The position numbers and the translations under genes were made by a program. Shown here in pieces: positions 41,100 through 52,657 of a stretch of DNA of 64,000 bases (position 1 is the first letter of the stretch; each line of letters starts with the position of its first letter). The DNA comes from a bacterium. GTDB taxonomy: Bacteria; Patescibacteriota; Andersenbacteria; UBA10190; CAIZMI01. The stretch is taken from the NCBI GenBank assembly GCA_030647555.1, contig JAUSJG010000004.1:36661-100660 (forward strand), written 5' to 3'. The notes beneath the pieces were generated by a model. The model did no database searches. It was not told the DNA's origin and saw nothing but the letters and a program-made list of their open reading frames with translations.

Positions 41100-41480
41100 T
41101 CTTCAGTCTTCCAGTAGCGAAGATCTCCTTTAAAAAGAAAAAACCGTGCGCAGGTCTCTTGGTATCGATGTTTTTTGGATAGGGTGGGGTGGGCACCACA
41201 ATCTTAAAACATCAGAGATTGCGCACGGCAAGAACAGTATAGAACAAAGTGGCACCCGAGCAAGGTGCGATCCTCTCACGCACGTTCTCAACGCGCGGAT
41301 CCTCATAAAAACATTTATTTTACAAATGAGGCGCAAGGATTACGCAACAACTTGCCCGGGTTACCACTCGTAACAACAACTAGGTGGAAATTCCACCCAC
41401 TGTTGTGACGCTATACCATCAGATTTGAACACTCTTTTTCAGTCACCCAGTCGGCCATAAGGGCGTCGAATCTCTGATTG
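41100..41480 (+). ncRNA. candidate structured ncRNA in a 770-bp gene-free interval (weak RNase P RNA-like P12/J12-13 similarity; unresolved)
   Basis: Long hairpin GUGCGCAGGUCUC...GAGAUUGCGCAC, then GGCAAGAACAGU..GUGGCACCCGAGCAAGG, which resembles the E. coli M1 RNA segment GCGCACC..GGUAACAGU..GUGGCAC..GGAGCAAGG. Further hairpins at 41369-41412 and 41585-41640 end with AAAAGGCCUUUU. No canonical P4 found. Confidence 0.25.
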
Positions 41481-41824
41481 CTCAAATCTAACGGCATATT
41501 TACTATAGCTGGTACAATGAACAGTCAATATATAGATATAGATTTTTCATCACTTCGTCAAACCCTCCTGACATGTTTGATAGTGGCGGTACTGTGGAGG
41601 GACAGCACCGCCGCTACCAAGCGCCTCTAAAAAGGCCTTTTGTGAAGTAACCGATCAGTGTATCCCAGGGGTGAATTTTTGTCAATGAGGTGCGAATTTG
41701 CTGAAAATTAGTGCTTCGCTAACCCAAATATATTAAAATCACAAACAAAAATATGCCGAAAATGGATCCTTATCCACAATTAAAAAACTCCCCTTTTTGT
41801 CAAAACTTCAGATGTATTACGAGA

Positions 41825-42859
41825 TTACTCGTGCTCTTTCTTGATTGAAAGATAAATCTCCATAAGTGCAAAAAGTAAACTAACCATCAACGGGCCCAAT
41901 ATAAAACCAAGTGGGCCAAAAAAAGCAATTCCACCAAGTATTGATAAGAGAATAATGAACGGATGAATATTTACACCCTTTTCCATAAACTTCGGACCCA
42001 AAAAATTATCAACTAAACCGACAGCCATAACAGACCAAATAAGCATACCTAGTGATGCCAAAAATTGACCGCTCAAGAAAAGGTAAATAATAGCGGGAGT
42101 CAAAACCAAAGCCGTACCTACTCCCGGGATCAACGCCGCAATTGCCGCGGTACTCCCCCAAAGGGTTGGATTTGGCACTCCAAAGATGGCAAAACCAACC
42201 GAGGTTAATATACCCTGGATAACAGCAACAACCAAAGTGCCACGAATTACGGAATTTACAGCGACGATAAGTTTTTTTGCGATGGTTTCATCATGCGTAT
42301 CGTGCAGAGGACTTAGGGTAATTAAGTAAGCCTTAAATTTTTGGCCGTCCTTAAAGGTGTAATATAGTGCCACGAGAAATATAAACGAGCTAATAAGCAG
42401 GCTGGCAATGTTTGAAAACACCGGACCCAGGTGCTGTAGTAGCCAGGTTAATCCTTGCTTTAGATATTGGTTTAGGTCTACGGAGAAATTAAGAGGCAAT
42501 GAGGTTATATCTCTTACCTGGTTGATCGTTTTTTCAGCATATTGCGAAATATTGGTTGTGTTGCTTTCATCCGTAATCGAAGAGTACATCCCCGTTGCTT
42601 CATAAAAAATATTTATTCCCACAAAAATGAGAGGCATAACAGCTATAACCAAGACAATAATTGTAGAAATAAAGGCTGCTAGACCCTGTTTGTTGCGGGA
42701 AATTTTAAGAATTACACGGTGAACAGGGGCAAAAATCGTAACAAAAACCATTGCCAAAATTATTGCTGAAATGAATGGTTTGAAGACATAAAAACTTAGG
42801 ATAATAGTCCCCAAAATTAGGCTCACCAAGAAGATTGTCTCAGATTTTTTTTGTGGCAT
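41825..42859 (-). CDS. AI-2E family transporter (UPF0118/PerM-like)
   Basis: 344 aa, about 8 TM helices with family-typical topology and Gly-rich C-terminal helices. Confidence 0.65.
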   Translation of the reverse strand: MPQKKSETIFLVSLILGTIILSFYVFKPFISAIILAMVFVTIFAPVHRVILKISRNKQGLAAFISTIIVLVIAVMPLIFVGINIFYEATGMYSSITDESNTTNISQYAEKTINQVRDITSLPLNFSVDLNQYLKQGLTWLLQHLGPVFSNIASLLISSFIFLVALYYTFKDGQKFKAYLITLSPLHDTHDETIAKKLIVAVNSVIRGTLVVAVIQGILTSVGFAIFGVPNPTLWGSTAAIAALIPGVGTALVLTPAIIYLFLSGQFLASLGMLIWSVMAVGLVDNFLGPKFMEKGVNIHPFIILLSILGGIAFFGPLGFILGPLMVSLLFALMEIYLSIKKEHE

Positions 42860-42981
42860 TGGTGTTTAATTGATTACAACTTTATTTTATACTATCTGTT
42901 TGATGTAATCAATGATGCAAGCTTTAGGAAAGGGAGGAATAGTTACAACTTTACCAAATAACCAACTTTGCGTGTGATCTG

Positions 42982-44109
42982 TTAATACCAACCCATTCCT
43001 ACCACTAACACGCCCGGATCTGTTTTAACGTCCAAAATTGCTTTTCCGGCAATATCAAATATTTGTAATCCTTTCACGTCGTAGCTAAAAAAGTTTTCCG
43101 ACACGGCCGGCAGTGTGGGAGAAATCAACAGCGCGGGTGCCTCAAAAACTTTCGTCACTTGATTTGTGTGATTGTCAAAATATGCCAAGGAATGATCCAG
43201 CATCAAAAATAGTCGATTATCACCGGACCAGTTTAGTTGAAGATTGCTGATCGAATCGTTGATTTGTACAGGTGTCACCTTCTTTGTTGCAAGATCAAAG
43301 ATAAAAGGAGTTAAGTTGGCAGGCCAATCCTTGTGTTTTCCCGCATAAAATGCCAAATACCTGCCATTTTGCGATAAGTTGGTATTAAATTCGACCGCCT
43401 CATTTTTGTGGATAAAGATTCGTTCAATTTCGCCATTGGTGTTATTAATTTTATTCAAAAAAAGTGAGTTGTATACCAACTTGGTCGGATCGTTCGGATT
43501 CACGGAATCTTCCGTAAAGCCTTGGTAAATGTACTCGGCATCGTTCGGAATTAGAAGTTCGTTCAGCATTGCGCTTCCCTTTATGATGTCTTTGGAGAAA
43601 ATGATTCTGCCGTCGTTGGTATCATTTTTTTTAATGTTCTGGTTTTGACCATTTATCGTACTCATCATGATTGAGTGGTCGAATTTGTTTACTGCCCAAC
43701 TGTTGGAATGTTCAGACGTTTCAAAAATAAGCGTTGGGGCGGTTTGGTTCCAACCGATTTTGTAGAAACGCGAAAAACTGGTGCCATCCTTGTTCATTGG
43801 CGCGCCATCATATTCAGATTGGCCTTTTGTTAAATAGAAAATTTCATTTGTTTCTGGATTGTATTGCACCGGGTAAGAAAATTGACTGCTGGAAAGATAA
43901 TCAGAAACCGGTACGGATTTACTTGCCGTGACTCGTTTTGTTATGACATCAATCAGCTGGATTTCCAGCGTATTCTCTGTTTTTGTTGCGACAAAAAGGA
44001 TGCTTTTTGCAACAGTTACCTTCCCCACCCTCAAAAAAATAGCCCCGGCAAGAATGCCAAAAACGATGATAGTTAATATAGAAATTGTGCGAGAAGTGAG
44101 TATTTTCAT
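42982..44109 (-). CDS. hypothetical membrane-anchored extracytoplasmic protein (possible beta-propeller)
   Basis: N-terminal TM segment, N/S/T-rich, no catalytic motif. Confidence 0.4.
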   Translation of the reverse strand: MKILTSRTISILTIIVFGILAGAIFLRVGKVTVAKSILFVATKTENTLEIQLIDVITKRVTASKSVPVSDYLSSSQFSYPVQYNPETNEIFYLTKGQSEYDGAPMNKDGTSFSRFYKIGWNQTAPTLIFETSEHSNSWAVNKFDHSIMMSTINGQNQNIKKNDTNDGRIIFSKDIIKGSAMLNELLIPNDAEYIYQGFTEDSVNPNDPTKLVYNSLFLNKINNTNGEIERIFIHKNEAVEFNTNLSQNGRYLAFYAGKHKDWPANLTPFIFDLATKKVTPVQINDSISNLQLNWSGDNRLFLMLDHSLAYFDNHTNQVTKVFEAPALLISPTLPAVSENFFSYDVKGLQIFDIAGKAILDVKTDPGVLVVGMGWY

Positions 44110-44430
44110 ATACGATTCTAAAAATTCATTTTAACAAAATATGATATTCTTGCTCGTCTTGTGAGGTCACTAATCTATTGTCGATAAATATCGCGACCCT
44201 AGTTTCTTGTTTGTTTGACTCCATAAAAAAACATTAATCTTATTAAATAAAAATAACAAGAGCCCCGTTAAGGGCTCTCGTTGCTTATCACTGCCGAAGC
44301 AATAGATAAGGATTTGTTCTGTTTGTATTATAGTCCTCTATCAATACTTGTCAATACTGTCATTTAAACTTGTCATTTAAACACTACTTTCGAGTGCCTG
44401 TCCCGCGAAACTCATCAGAGTGAAGTGGGA

Positions 44431-44446
44431 CGCCCACCAAGAATCG
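44431..44446. repeat. 16-bp exact duplicate of the tRNA-Lys 3' end (att-like scar)
   Basis: cgcccaccaagaatcg is identical at 44431-44446 and 44612-44627. Confidence 0.6.
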
Positions 44447-44606
44447 GCCTCGAAATGTGTAATTGAAATTTCACATTTCTGGCCACCGGCAATCGGTTTC
44501 GCTTCAAGCGAAACATCGATTGCCGTTCGATTCTTGTCGTAACACAAGCAGTTGTGTTACTTGGGCGAACCAATTAAAAACAACCCGCAAGGGGTCGTTT
44601 TTAATT

Positions 44607-44682
44607 TGGTGCGCCCACCAAGAATCGAACTTGGAACCGTTGGCTTAAAAGGCCACTGCTCTACCAATTGAGCTATAGGCGC
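44607..44682 (-). tRNA. tRNA-Lys (anticodon UUU)
   Basis: Reverse complement GCGCCUAUAGCUCAAUUGGUAGAGCAGUGGCCUUUUAAGCCAACGGUUCCAAGUUCGAUUCUUGGUGGGCGCACCA. Cloverleaf with 7-bp acceptor stem, U8, GG in D-loop, anticodon loop CUUUUAA, T-loop UUCGAUU, encoded CCA. Confidence 0.85.
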
Positions 44683-44788
44683 CCGCCTTCGCTTTGATTC
44701 CCTATCAAAGCTACGGTGGGCAAGCATCTGGTTTATAGACCAATTACTTGTCCACCGAAGCTCTGAACGATTTCAGAGCGAAGGTGGA

Positions 44789-44800
44789 AGCTATAGGCGC
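44789..44800. repeat. 12-bp duplicate of the tRNA-Lys 5' end
   Basis: agctataggcgc is identical at 44789-44800 and 44671-44682. Confidence 0.45.
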
Positions 44801-44904
44801 GTACTTGATAGCTATTATTAAAGGCTATTTGTGATAATTTTGCAAGAAAAAAACCGCATTCACATGGAACGCGGTTTCGTCGAGCGCTTCTGTCACCGTG
44901 GTGA

Positions 44905-46311
44905 CTAGGAGCGCCGACTCTTTTGTCCACGATCTTGAGCGTGCTGGCGACGTTGCGCTGCCTTGCTCACCTCTGGCACCGTGACCTCGGACAGAAACGT
45001 CTCACACAACTCGCGGATGCGAGTCGCGTCGAGCCGGGCCTTTTCGACCTGGCTGTTGGTCAACGATCCATTCATGGTGATTCCGCTTGCCGCTTGGAAG
45101 TACCACCGATCGTTGGTCACGAACCCGTCGGCCGTCAGCAAGGCGTCATCAAAGAACGCCGTCTCCCGCTCTCCCTCTTCGGCCGCCAATTCTTCTTCGG
45201 CGACACGAATCGACTTAATGAGGTCGACCATGTCTTCCGAATTAAAAACTTGGTAGTTCGGAGCGATGAAGAAATGGCCGCCGACGCCCGATCTGATTTG
45301 GAAGACCATCGAGGCTTCCACCGGCCCGCCGTAGATCTTGGGCAATCGAGCGGCCTTTCCGAACGCCTTGTTGTCCGTCTCGCCGACGCACAACACCAAA
45401 GGTTTTCCGCTCTTGTGGTTGCAGACCTTGATGATCTGCGCCCCTCCTTGAGCGATGAACTCCTTGGCGTCCAGAAATTGTTGCTGCTCGGCAATTTCGG
45501 CTTCGAGCCAGGTGCGAACGAAGCCCTTCAGAGCCTCTGCCGAGACCTTTCCCGAGCGATGCATGGTCTCAACCATAGCCGCCACGTGCATCGGGTGGCC
45601 GGGTCGGCCGTTTTCCTCCGTGCACTGCTTCATGAGGCGCTGAATCTCGGAGTAGAGCTGGTGTTGTCCCAGCCCGGCCCCATAAAGCGTCGCCACGAAC
45701 ATCGACCGCCCTTCCTGGGCCCGCCGAATCGAACCTCCTTCACGTTCGGCCAAACAGCCCGCGGCGATCCGATCGAAATTCTTCGCCGGTCCGTCGCAGC
45801 CACGGTAGTCCGTTTTCAACAACGCGTACAAGTACAGCGACAACCAGCTGATCACTTCATCGAAGTCGTTGATCGAGCCGATTTTCTTGATGACCTGTTC
45901 CGCGTGCCACACGTGCGGCGACGCGTTGGCGTCACTGTTCAGGACCTTCTCGACGAACAAGTCGAGACGCTCGTTTTGTTCTCGCATTTCCAAGAACTTC
46001 ATCACGAGCGAGGTCGCACACTCATTGTCACTGCTTCCGTCGCGCTGGTGTTCATCAAGCGGATCCCCTTTGCCACCACACCCAACGCGCAGGCGACCGT
46101 GCTGATGAAGCTGGTCGAACCAGTCACCATCATGCAGGTTTTTGTCATACAAGACTACCTTGGCGTTAAAGATGCCCGTGAATTTTTCATCACCAAACAT
46201 CCTCAGGATGCAGACGGACGACGCTTCGTCCAAATGAGCCATGAGTTCCATGTCATGAACAATGATTTCAGTGACGGGAACCGCGCTGACCAGAGTTTCA
46301 TTACTCATCTT
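44905..46311 (-). CDS. hypothetical protein encoded by a high-GC (about 57%) foreign segment
   Basis: Long ORFs on both strands, a hallmark of high GC. The minus-strand product has normal amino-acid composition; the plus-strand mirror is R/L/V-rich. Likely start at MSNETLV. No recognisable family. Confidence 0.45.
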   Translation of the reverse strand, partial: KMSNETLVSAVPVTEIIVHDMELMAHLDEASSVCILRMFGDEKFTGIFNAKVVLYDKNLHDGDWFDQLHQHGRLRVGCGGKGDPLDEHQRDGSSDNECATSLVMKFLEMREQNERLDLFVEKVLNSDANASPHVWHAEQVIKKIGSINDFDEVISWLSLYLYALLKTDYRGCDGPAKNFDRIAAGCLAEREGGSIRRAQEGRSMFVATLYGAGLGQHQLYSEIQRLMKQCTEENGRPGHPMHVAAMVETMHRSGKVSAEALKGFVRTWLEAEIAEQQQFLDAKEFIAQGGAQIIKVCNHKSGKPLVLCVGETDNKAFGKAARLPKIYGGPVEASMVFQIRSGVGGHFFIAPNYQVFNSEDMVDLIKSIRVAEEELAAEEGERETAFFDDALLTADGFVTNDRWYFQAASGITMNGSLTNSQVEKARLDATRIRELCETFLSEVTVPEVSKAAQRRQHAQDRGQKSRRS

Positions 46312-46504
46312 TCTCTTCCTTCTTATTTGGTCCCCGAGGGGACGTTGGGAAAACAGCGAACCAGACTTTGAGACGGCACCCGTCTCTCTCATGAGCGTGT
46401 TTTTACCTCAAAACAAGCTCATAAAAGCAGGTGAAATAAGAGAAAAGTATACTCCCGAAATCAGATTTTGTCAATGGTGCCGGTTTGGAGGTATTATGAG
46501 CATG

Positions 46505-46575
46505 TTAACAACGTCGTTCGTAGGGGAGCACGTCCCCGTGCTCCCGTGGGCGGGGACGAGGACGTCCGCCCCTAC
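46505..46575. repeat. GC-rich nested palindrome (GTAGGGGAGCACGTCCCCGTGCTCCC ... GGGGACGAGGACGTCCGCCCCTAC)
   Basis: Seen directly; lies at the edge of the high-GC insertion. Confidence 0.6.
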
Positions 46576-46593
46576 GGATTAATACAAATCAAA

Positions 46594-47241
46594 ATGAAAC
46601 AAAAAACAAAACACGTCGCCTTATTTACTACCGCCATCTCTGCGATTATTGTCACGGTGTTTTGTTTGGCTTACATCACGGCCAATGCGTCCAATCGCTA
46701 CAACTTTTCCGGCCAAGGAATCGTGAGTGAAAATAATTTGAACGAAAAATATATCCGCGTTTCTTTCAAACAAATTTCCAAACAGGCTGTAAGTTTAGCC
46801 GGAAGCGAACCGGTAACGGTGCGGGTTAATCAAGCGAAATTTTATAAACCAAATGTAGCCGGCGTAATTCTTAAACTGCAACAAGAAAAAATTAGTGTTG
46901 GAACATTGGTAACAGTGTACGGCGCGGTTAAATCAGATAACTCGTTTTCTGCCAGCAAGGTGACGATTGTTCCCCGCAAATTTAGAATTCGCGGAAAATT
47001 AATCGCCATGCGCAAGGACTCGCATGTTTTGACAATTGAAGTATCCGCGAGCACTTATCAACCGACTAAATATGTCGGTAAAACACTGGAGGTTTCGTAT
47101 ACCGATTCGTTCAAAGTTACCCAATCGGGCGGTAACAAAGATGTGAATAATGTTGAACCGTTAAATCAACGCGTGATTATTGACGGAGTGATTGTTGGAG
47201 ATGATGCGTTTGAGGCGATACAGATGAATGATCCACTATGA
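46594..47241 (+). CDS. hypothetical secreted protein
   Basis: Start at MKQKTKHVALFTTAISAIIVTVFCLAY (signal/TM); the upstream part of the ORF is the GC-rich palindrome, not coding. Confidence 0.45.
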   Translation: MKQKTKHVALFTTAISAIIVTVFCLAYITANASNRYNFSGQGIVSENNLNEKYIRVSFKQISKQAVSLAGSEPVTVRVNQAKFYKPNVAGVILKLQQEKISVGTLVTVYGAVKSDNSFSASKVTIVPRKFRIRGKLIAMRKDSHVLTIEVSASTYQPTKYVGKTLEVSYTDSFKVTQSGGNKDVNNVEPLNQRVIIDGVIVGDDAFEAIQMNDPL

Positions 47242-47264
47242 CAAAATTCGTGAGCGAATTTTGT

Positions 47265-47388
47265 AAATCCCAAACATCAAATCCCAATGTCCAACAAAAC
47301 CCTAAAAATCAAAATAACCAAAACGGCACGCTTTTGGGGTTTTTGAAATTATGATTTTGTTGGGATTTGGTCATTGGGATTTGGGATT
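47265..47388. repeat. intergenic palindromic repeat, family A (arms of about 55 bp, core CCCAATGTCCAACAAAAC ... TTTTGTTGGGATTTGGTCATTGGG)
   Basis: Imperfect inverted repeat around an 8-bp centre; homologous to 53981-54103. Confidence 0.7.
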
Positions 47389-47443
47389 TATATTCAACAT
47401 TATTACTGATTCCTGCTTGTAGCAGGAATGACACGCCAATTAT

Positions 47444-48562
47444 TTATCCAAAGAATCCCTTCTTCTTCCCTACTTCCTCGAACTCTCTAAGCAACTCTTC
47501 TTGTCTCTTTGAGATTTTTTTCGGTACATCCACAACAACTTTCAATATCTGATCACCACGACGATCCACGGCTCCGTGTTTAATTCCTTTTTCAGGCATT
47601 CTAAATTCAGCCCCCGGTTGCGTGCCTTTTGGAATCACAAGACCAAACTCTCCATCAACCGTTTCGACATTAATTTCTCCACCAAGTACGGCGATGGCAA
47701 ATGGAATATGCGTTTCGGTGTGAATATTGAAACCCTGGCGCGCAAATTGCCGATCTTCTTTGACCGAAACGGCAATATATAAATCGCCAACGGATCCACC
47801 GAATCGAGGCGCATCACCTTCACCGGTAATTCTAATCCTTGTGCCATTTTCTATTCCGGCGGGAATTTTAATTACCAACGTTTCCAATTGGCGGGTGCGT
47901 CCTTCGCCGTGACATTCCCTGCATTTCGCTTCCGCCTTCTTTCCTTCCCCATGACAATCTGAACATTCTGCTTCCTGCACCATTGTGCCGAGAATTGTGC
48001 GTACTTGTTGGCGCACAACACCGGAACCCTTGCAAGTGCTACAAGTAACTATTTTTGTGCCGGGTTCCGCGAGATTTCCTTTACAGTGCTGGCATGTGCG
48101 ATTGCGATTAAGCGAGACTTCCCTCTTCACGCCAAAAACCATCTCTTTAAAACTGATTAACATATCAATTTGCAAATCCGAACCGCGATTGCGTTCGCGC
48201 GCGCTAGATCGATTGCGCCCGCCTCCGCCACCAAAAAATTGCGAGAAAATATCGCCAAAACCACCCAAATCTTCGAAGTTTACGTCAAATCCTTGACCGC
48301 CAAATGGATTACCGCCAAATCCGCTCGCTCCGCCGTCACCATTTCGACCCGCATCCTCAAAAGTTTGGCCGTATTGGTCGTATTGTTGTTTTTTCTCCGC
48401 GTTGCCCAAAACCTGGTAAGCCTCATTGAGTTCCTTAAACTTCTCTTGATCGCCACCCTTGTCGGGGTGGTGTTCGTGCGCCTTTTTCCGGTAGGCGCGT
48501 TTAATCTCATCTTCCGATGAGTTTTTATTAACACCTAAAATTTTGTAGTAATCCTTGGACAT
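47444..48562 (-). CDS. dnaJ: chaperone DnaJ
   Basis: J-domain with HPD (HEHHPDK), G/F-rich linker, four CxxCxGxG zinc-finger repeats. Confidence 0.9.
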   Translation of the reverse strand: MSKDYYKILGVNKNSSEDEIKRAYRKKAHEHHPDKGGDQEKFKELNEAYQVLGNAEKKQQYDQYGQTFEDAGRNGDGGASGFGGNPFGGQGFDVNFEDLGGFGDIFSQFFGGGGGRNRSSARERNRGSDLQIDMLISFKEMVFGVKREVSLNRNRTCQHCKGNLAEPGTKIVTCSTCKGSGVVRQQVRTILGTMVQEAECSDCHGEGKKAEAKCRECHGEGRTRQLETLVIKIPAGIENGTRIRITGEGDAPRFGGSVGDLYIAVSVKEDRQFARQGFNIHTETHIPFAIAVLGGEINVETVDGEFGLVIPKGTQPGAEFRMPEKGIKHGAVDRRGDQILKVVVDVPKKISKRQEELLREFEEVGKKKGFFG

Positions 48563-48792
48563 GGTGAAATTTTGTATATGGTATTTAGTATATAGTATAT
48601 GGGTTTAGAATTCCCGAAGGAGATAGAAAGTTGATTTGGATATATTATCTGTATTCGTCACATGTTTAACATTTAGCGGTTCTGAATAAATCCATATACC
48701 AAATACCATATACTACATACAAACGTGTTTTCCGACCAACCTCCGTCTTGACGACAGAGGTTGAATCGCAAAACATTTGCCCAACAACTGTT

Positions 48793-50727
<1,935 letters not shown>

Positions 50728-50779
50728 TTAATAATTAATTAACATTTTAAGTTCCGTCTCATTCATCATTCATAAATCT

Positions 50780-51307
50780 TTATTCATCATTCACCGTTGG
50801 ATTATCCGAAACTTTCACCTTCGCCGGTCGCAGAACCTTGTTTCCCAACTGATACCCCTTACTTACTACCGTTAATACTGTTCCGGCCGGTTTCGTCTCG
50901 TCTTTAATGTGTTCCACTGCTTCGTGATATTTTGGGTCAAATGGGACGGCGGTCGCGTCAATCGGCTCTACTCCTTGTGTTTGTAACGCATTGAGGAAAG
51001 CTTTTTGAATATTTGTCATCCCGATTACCCACTCGTTTTTACTAATTTCCTCCGGAATTGTTGTAAACGCGGCGTCAAAATAATCTAGAACCTGTAACAT
51101 CGATCTTAAGGCCTCTTCTGTCCCATTCATTCTTGCTTTCATGTTCTCCTCGCCCATCCTGCGATGCAGATTTTCATAATCCGCCATTGCCCTTTTCCAC
51201 CCGGCTAAATTTGTTTCCGCTTCTTCTTTTAATTTCATTTCTTCTTCATTAGGAGTTATGTGACTGTGAATTTTTTGCGCTTTGTCTCCCCTTTTTAAGA
51301 TGTTCAT
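50780..51307 (-). CDS. grpE: nucleotide exchange factor GrpE
   Basis: GrpE coiled coil plus C-terminal beta domain. The ORF extends to 51424; a start at MNILKRG gives a 2-bp gap to hrcA. Confidence 0.85.
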   Translation of the reverse strand: MNILKRGDKAQKIHSHITPNEEEMKLKEEAETNLAGWKRAMADYENLHRRMGEENMKARMNGTEEALRSMLQVLDYFDAAFTTIPEEISKNEWVIGMTNIQKAFLNALQTQGVEPIDATAVPFDPKYHEAVEHIKDETKPAGTVLTVVSKGYQLGNKVLRPAKVKVSDNPTVNDE

Positions 51308-51308
51308 T

Positions 51309-52031
51309 TTATTCTTCTCTCCCTTCATTTTCAATGATGTTCGCGAAAGCATTAAGCAGTTGGATGTTGTGCTCATAGCGCATTCTGGTTGGTCCGATAA
51401 TGGCCAATAATCCTCGTTCTCCACTTGGTAAATCGCAGGCGGCCAAAATCATACTGACGTGTTTTACGTCCGCGAATGGATTTTCTCCACCGATATAAAC
51501 TTGCGGAATCTTATTTAATTTTAAAACTAAGTCTTCGTAGTTATCTTCCAAAACATCTAAAATTTTTGAAACATCCAGCAAGCATTCCGCATCGGCGAAT
51601 TCCGGTTCTCTGATTAATTCCGGCAATCCCGCTTCATGAAATTCATCACGGTCAATTAAACCGGCTACCGCCATATTTTGTGACAATCCCGCTAAAAGCT
51701 TTGCCGTTCCGCGTGCGAGACGATTATGTTGCGCTCGGGCATTCAAAAGCTCTGATTTTAAGCGATTAATTTCATTTTTTGTGAGGTATTCATCCTTGAT
51801 CGTTTCATCCACAAAATATCGATAACCTTTATCAGTTGGAATTCGGCCGGCCGAAGTGTGTGGTTGAGTTAAATAGCCCGCATCTTCCAACCAAGCCAAT
51901 TCCGCACGCACCGTTGCCGAGCTATACGGGAGGTTATAATTTTCCGTCAAAGATTCGGAACCGATCGGATCGGCCGTTTTGATGTATTCCCGTACCAGGG
52001 CTTTTAAGATTTTATCTTGACGTTCTGTCAT
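51309..52031 (-). CDS. hrcA: heat-inducible transcription repressor HrcA (short, 240 aa)
   Basis: N-terminal wHTH (RQDKILKALVREYIKTADPIGSESL); CIRCE immediately upstream. Confidence 0.8.
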   Translation of the reverse strand: MTERQDKILKALVREYIKTADPIGSESLTENYNLPYSSATVRAELAWLEDAGYLTQPHTSAGRIPTDKGYRYFVDETIKDEYLTKNEINRLKSELLNARAQHNRLARGTAKLLAGLSQNMAVAGLIDRDEFHEAGLPELIREPEFADAECLLDVSKILDVLEDNYEDLVLKLNKIPQVYIGGENPFADVKHVSMILAACDLPSGERGLLAIIGPTRMRYEHNIQLLNAFANIIENEGREE

Positions 52032-52063
52032 TAGTTTCTATGTAATTTAGATGATAATGCAAT

Positions 52064-52090
52064 TTAGCACTCTAAGCAATAGACTGCTAA
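52064..52090. promoter_or_regulatory. CIRCE operator (TTAGCACTC-N9-GACTGCTAA) just downstream of a TTGACA...CATAAT promoter for hrcA-grpE-dnaK-dnaJ
   Basis: Matches the consensus TTAGCACTC-N9-GAGTGCTAA with one mismatch. On the minus strand, the -35 TTGACA (52114-52119) and -10 CATAAT (52090-52095) sit upstream. Confidence 0.7.
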
Positions 52091-52183
52091 TTATGCTAAT
52101 GGAAATAAAAATGATGTCAAGAGAATATCCCCCGTCGCCACGTAAAGTCGCTTCGGCAACCACGCGGCTATGGGGGATTATTT

Positions 52184-52231
52184 TTCTTTGTGAAGAAAAA
52201 TAAAAAATCCATGCGCCGGTGCACATGGATT
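52184..52231 (-). terminator. rho-independent terminator after small membrane protein gene 1
   Basis: Minus-strand RNA AAUCCAUG-UGCACCGGCG-CAUGGAUU followed by UUUUUAUUUUU. Confidence 0.6.
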
Positions 52232-52248
52232 ATCTCGCGTAATTCGAC

Positions 52249-52510
52249 CTATTTGGTCTGGTCGGTAAACCGATCTTCGTCACCGCTCATAAAGTGAGCG
52301 ACGGCAAAAACCAGAAAACTTGCTACACAAATATTGACTGGCCAATAACTTACTAGGGTCGAGAATGTGCTGGAGAAATAGAACTTTAATACCGTGTTTG
52401 AAAATAACCCGACAAATCCAACCACAGTGATAATCACAATCTGGCTAGCAAAGAGTGCACCGGAAACTAGAGCAATGACACCACTTGATACCCCGACAAT
52501 GCGCAGCATG
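52249..52510 (-). CDS. small hydrophobic membrane protein (about 87 aa), paralog 1
   Basis: Likely start MLRIVGV (the ORF's upstream extension is the conserved leader); 2-3 TM helices. Confidence 0.4.
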
Positions 52511-52536
52511 GCAAATTCCTTATTCTTGTTCAAGAT

Positions 52537-52612
52537 GAAAAACGAACTAAACTGTGGGTTTAAACCCAACCAGGCACAGTAGTCCCGAAATATCGGTTTG
52601 TCAAGCACAGAC
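52537..52612 (-). promoter_or_regulatory. duplicated promoter/operator element, copy 1 (TTGACA + perfect palindrome GTTGGGTTTAAACCCAAC)
   Basis: Minus-strand sequence cTTGACAaaccgatatttcgggactactgtgcctgGTTGGGTTTAAACCCAcag...; about 85% identical to copy 2. Confidence 0.45.
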
Positions 52613-52645
52613 TAAAAAAAGACCCGCCTTATTGGGGCGGGGGCT
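52613..52645 (-). terminator. rho-independent terminator after small membrane protein gene 2
   Basis: Minus-strand RNA CCCGCC-CCAAUAAG-GCGGGUC followed by UUUUUUU. Confidence 0.55.
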
Positions 52646-52657
52646 GACAGAGCGTCT

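Noticed and set aside
44923-46371. 482-aa plus-strand ORF mirroring the high-GC gene
   Set aside because: The product is R/L/V-rich with no motifs, as expected for an antisense shadow ORF in high-GC DNA. The minus-strand ORF has normal composition.
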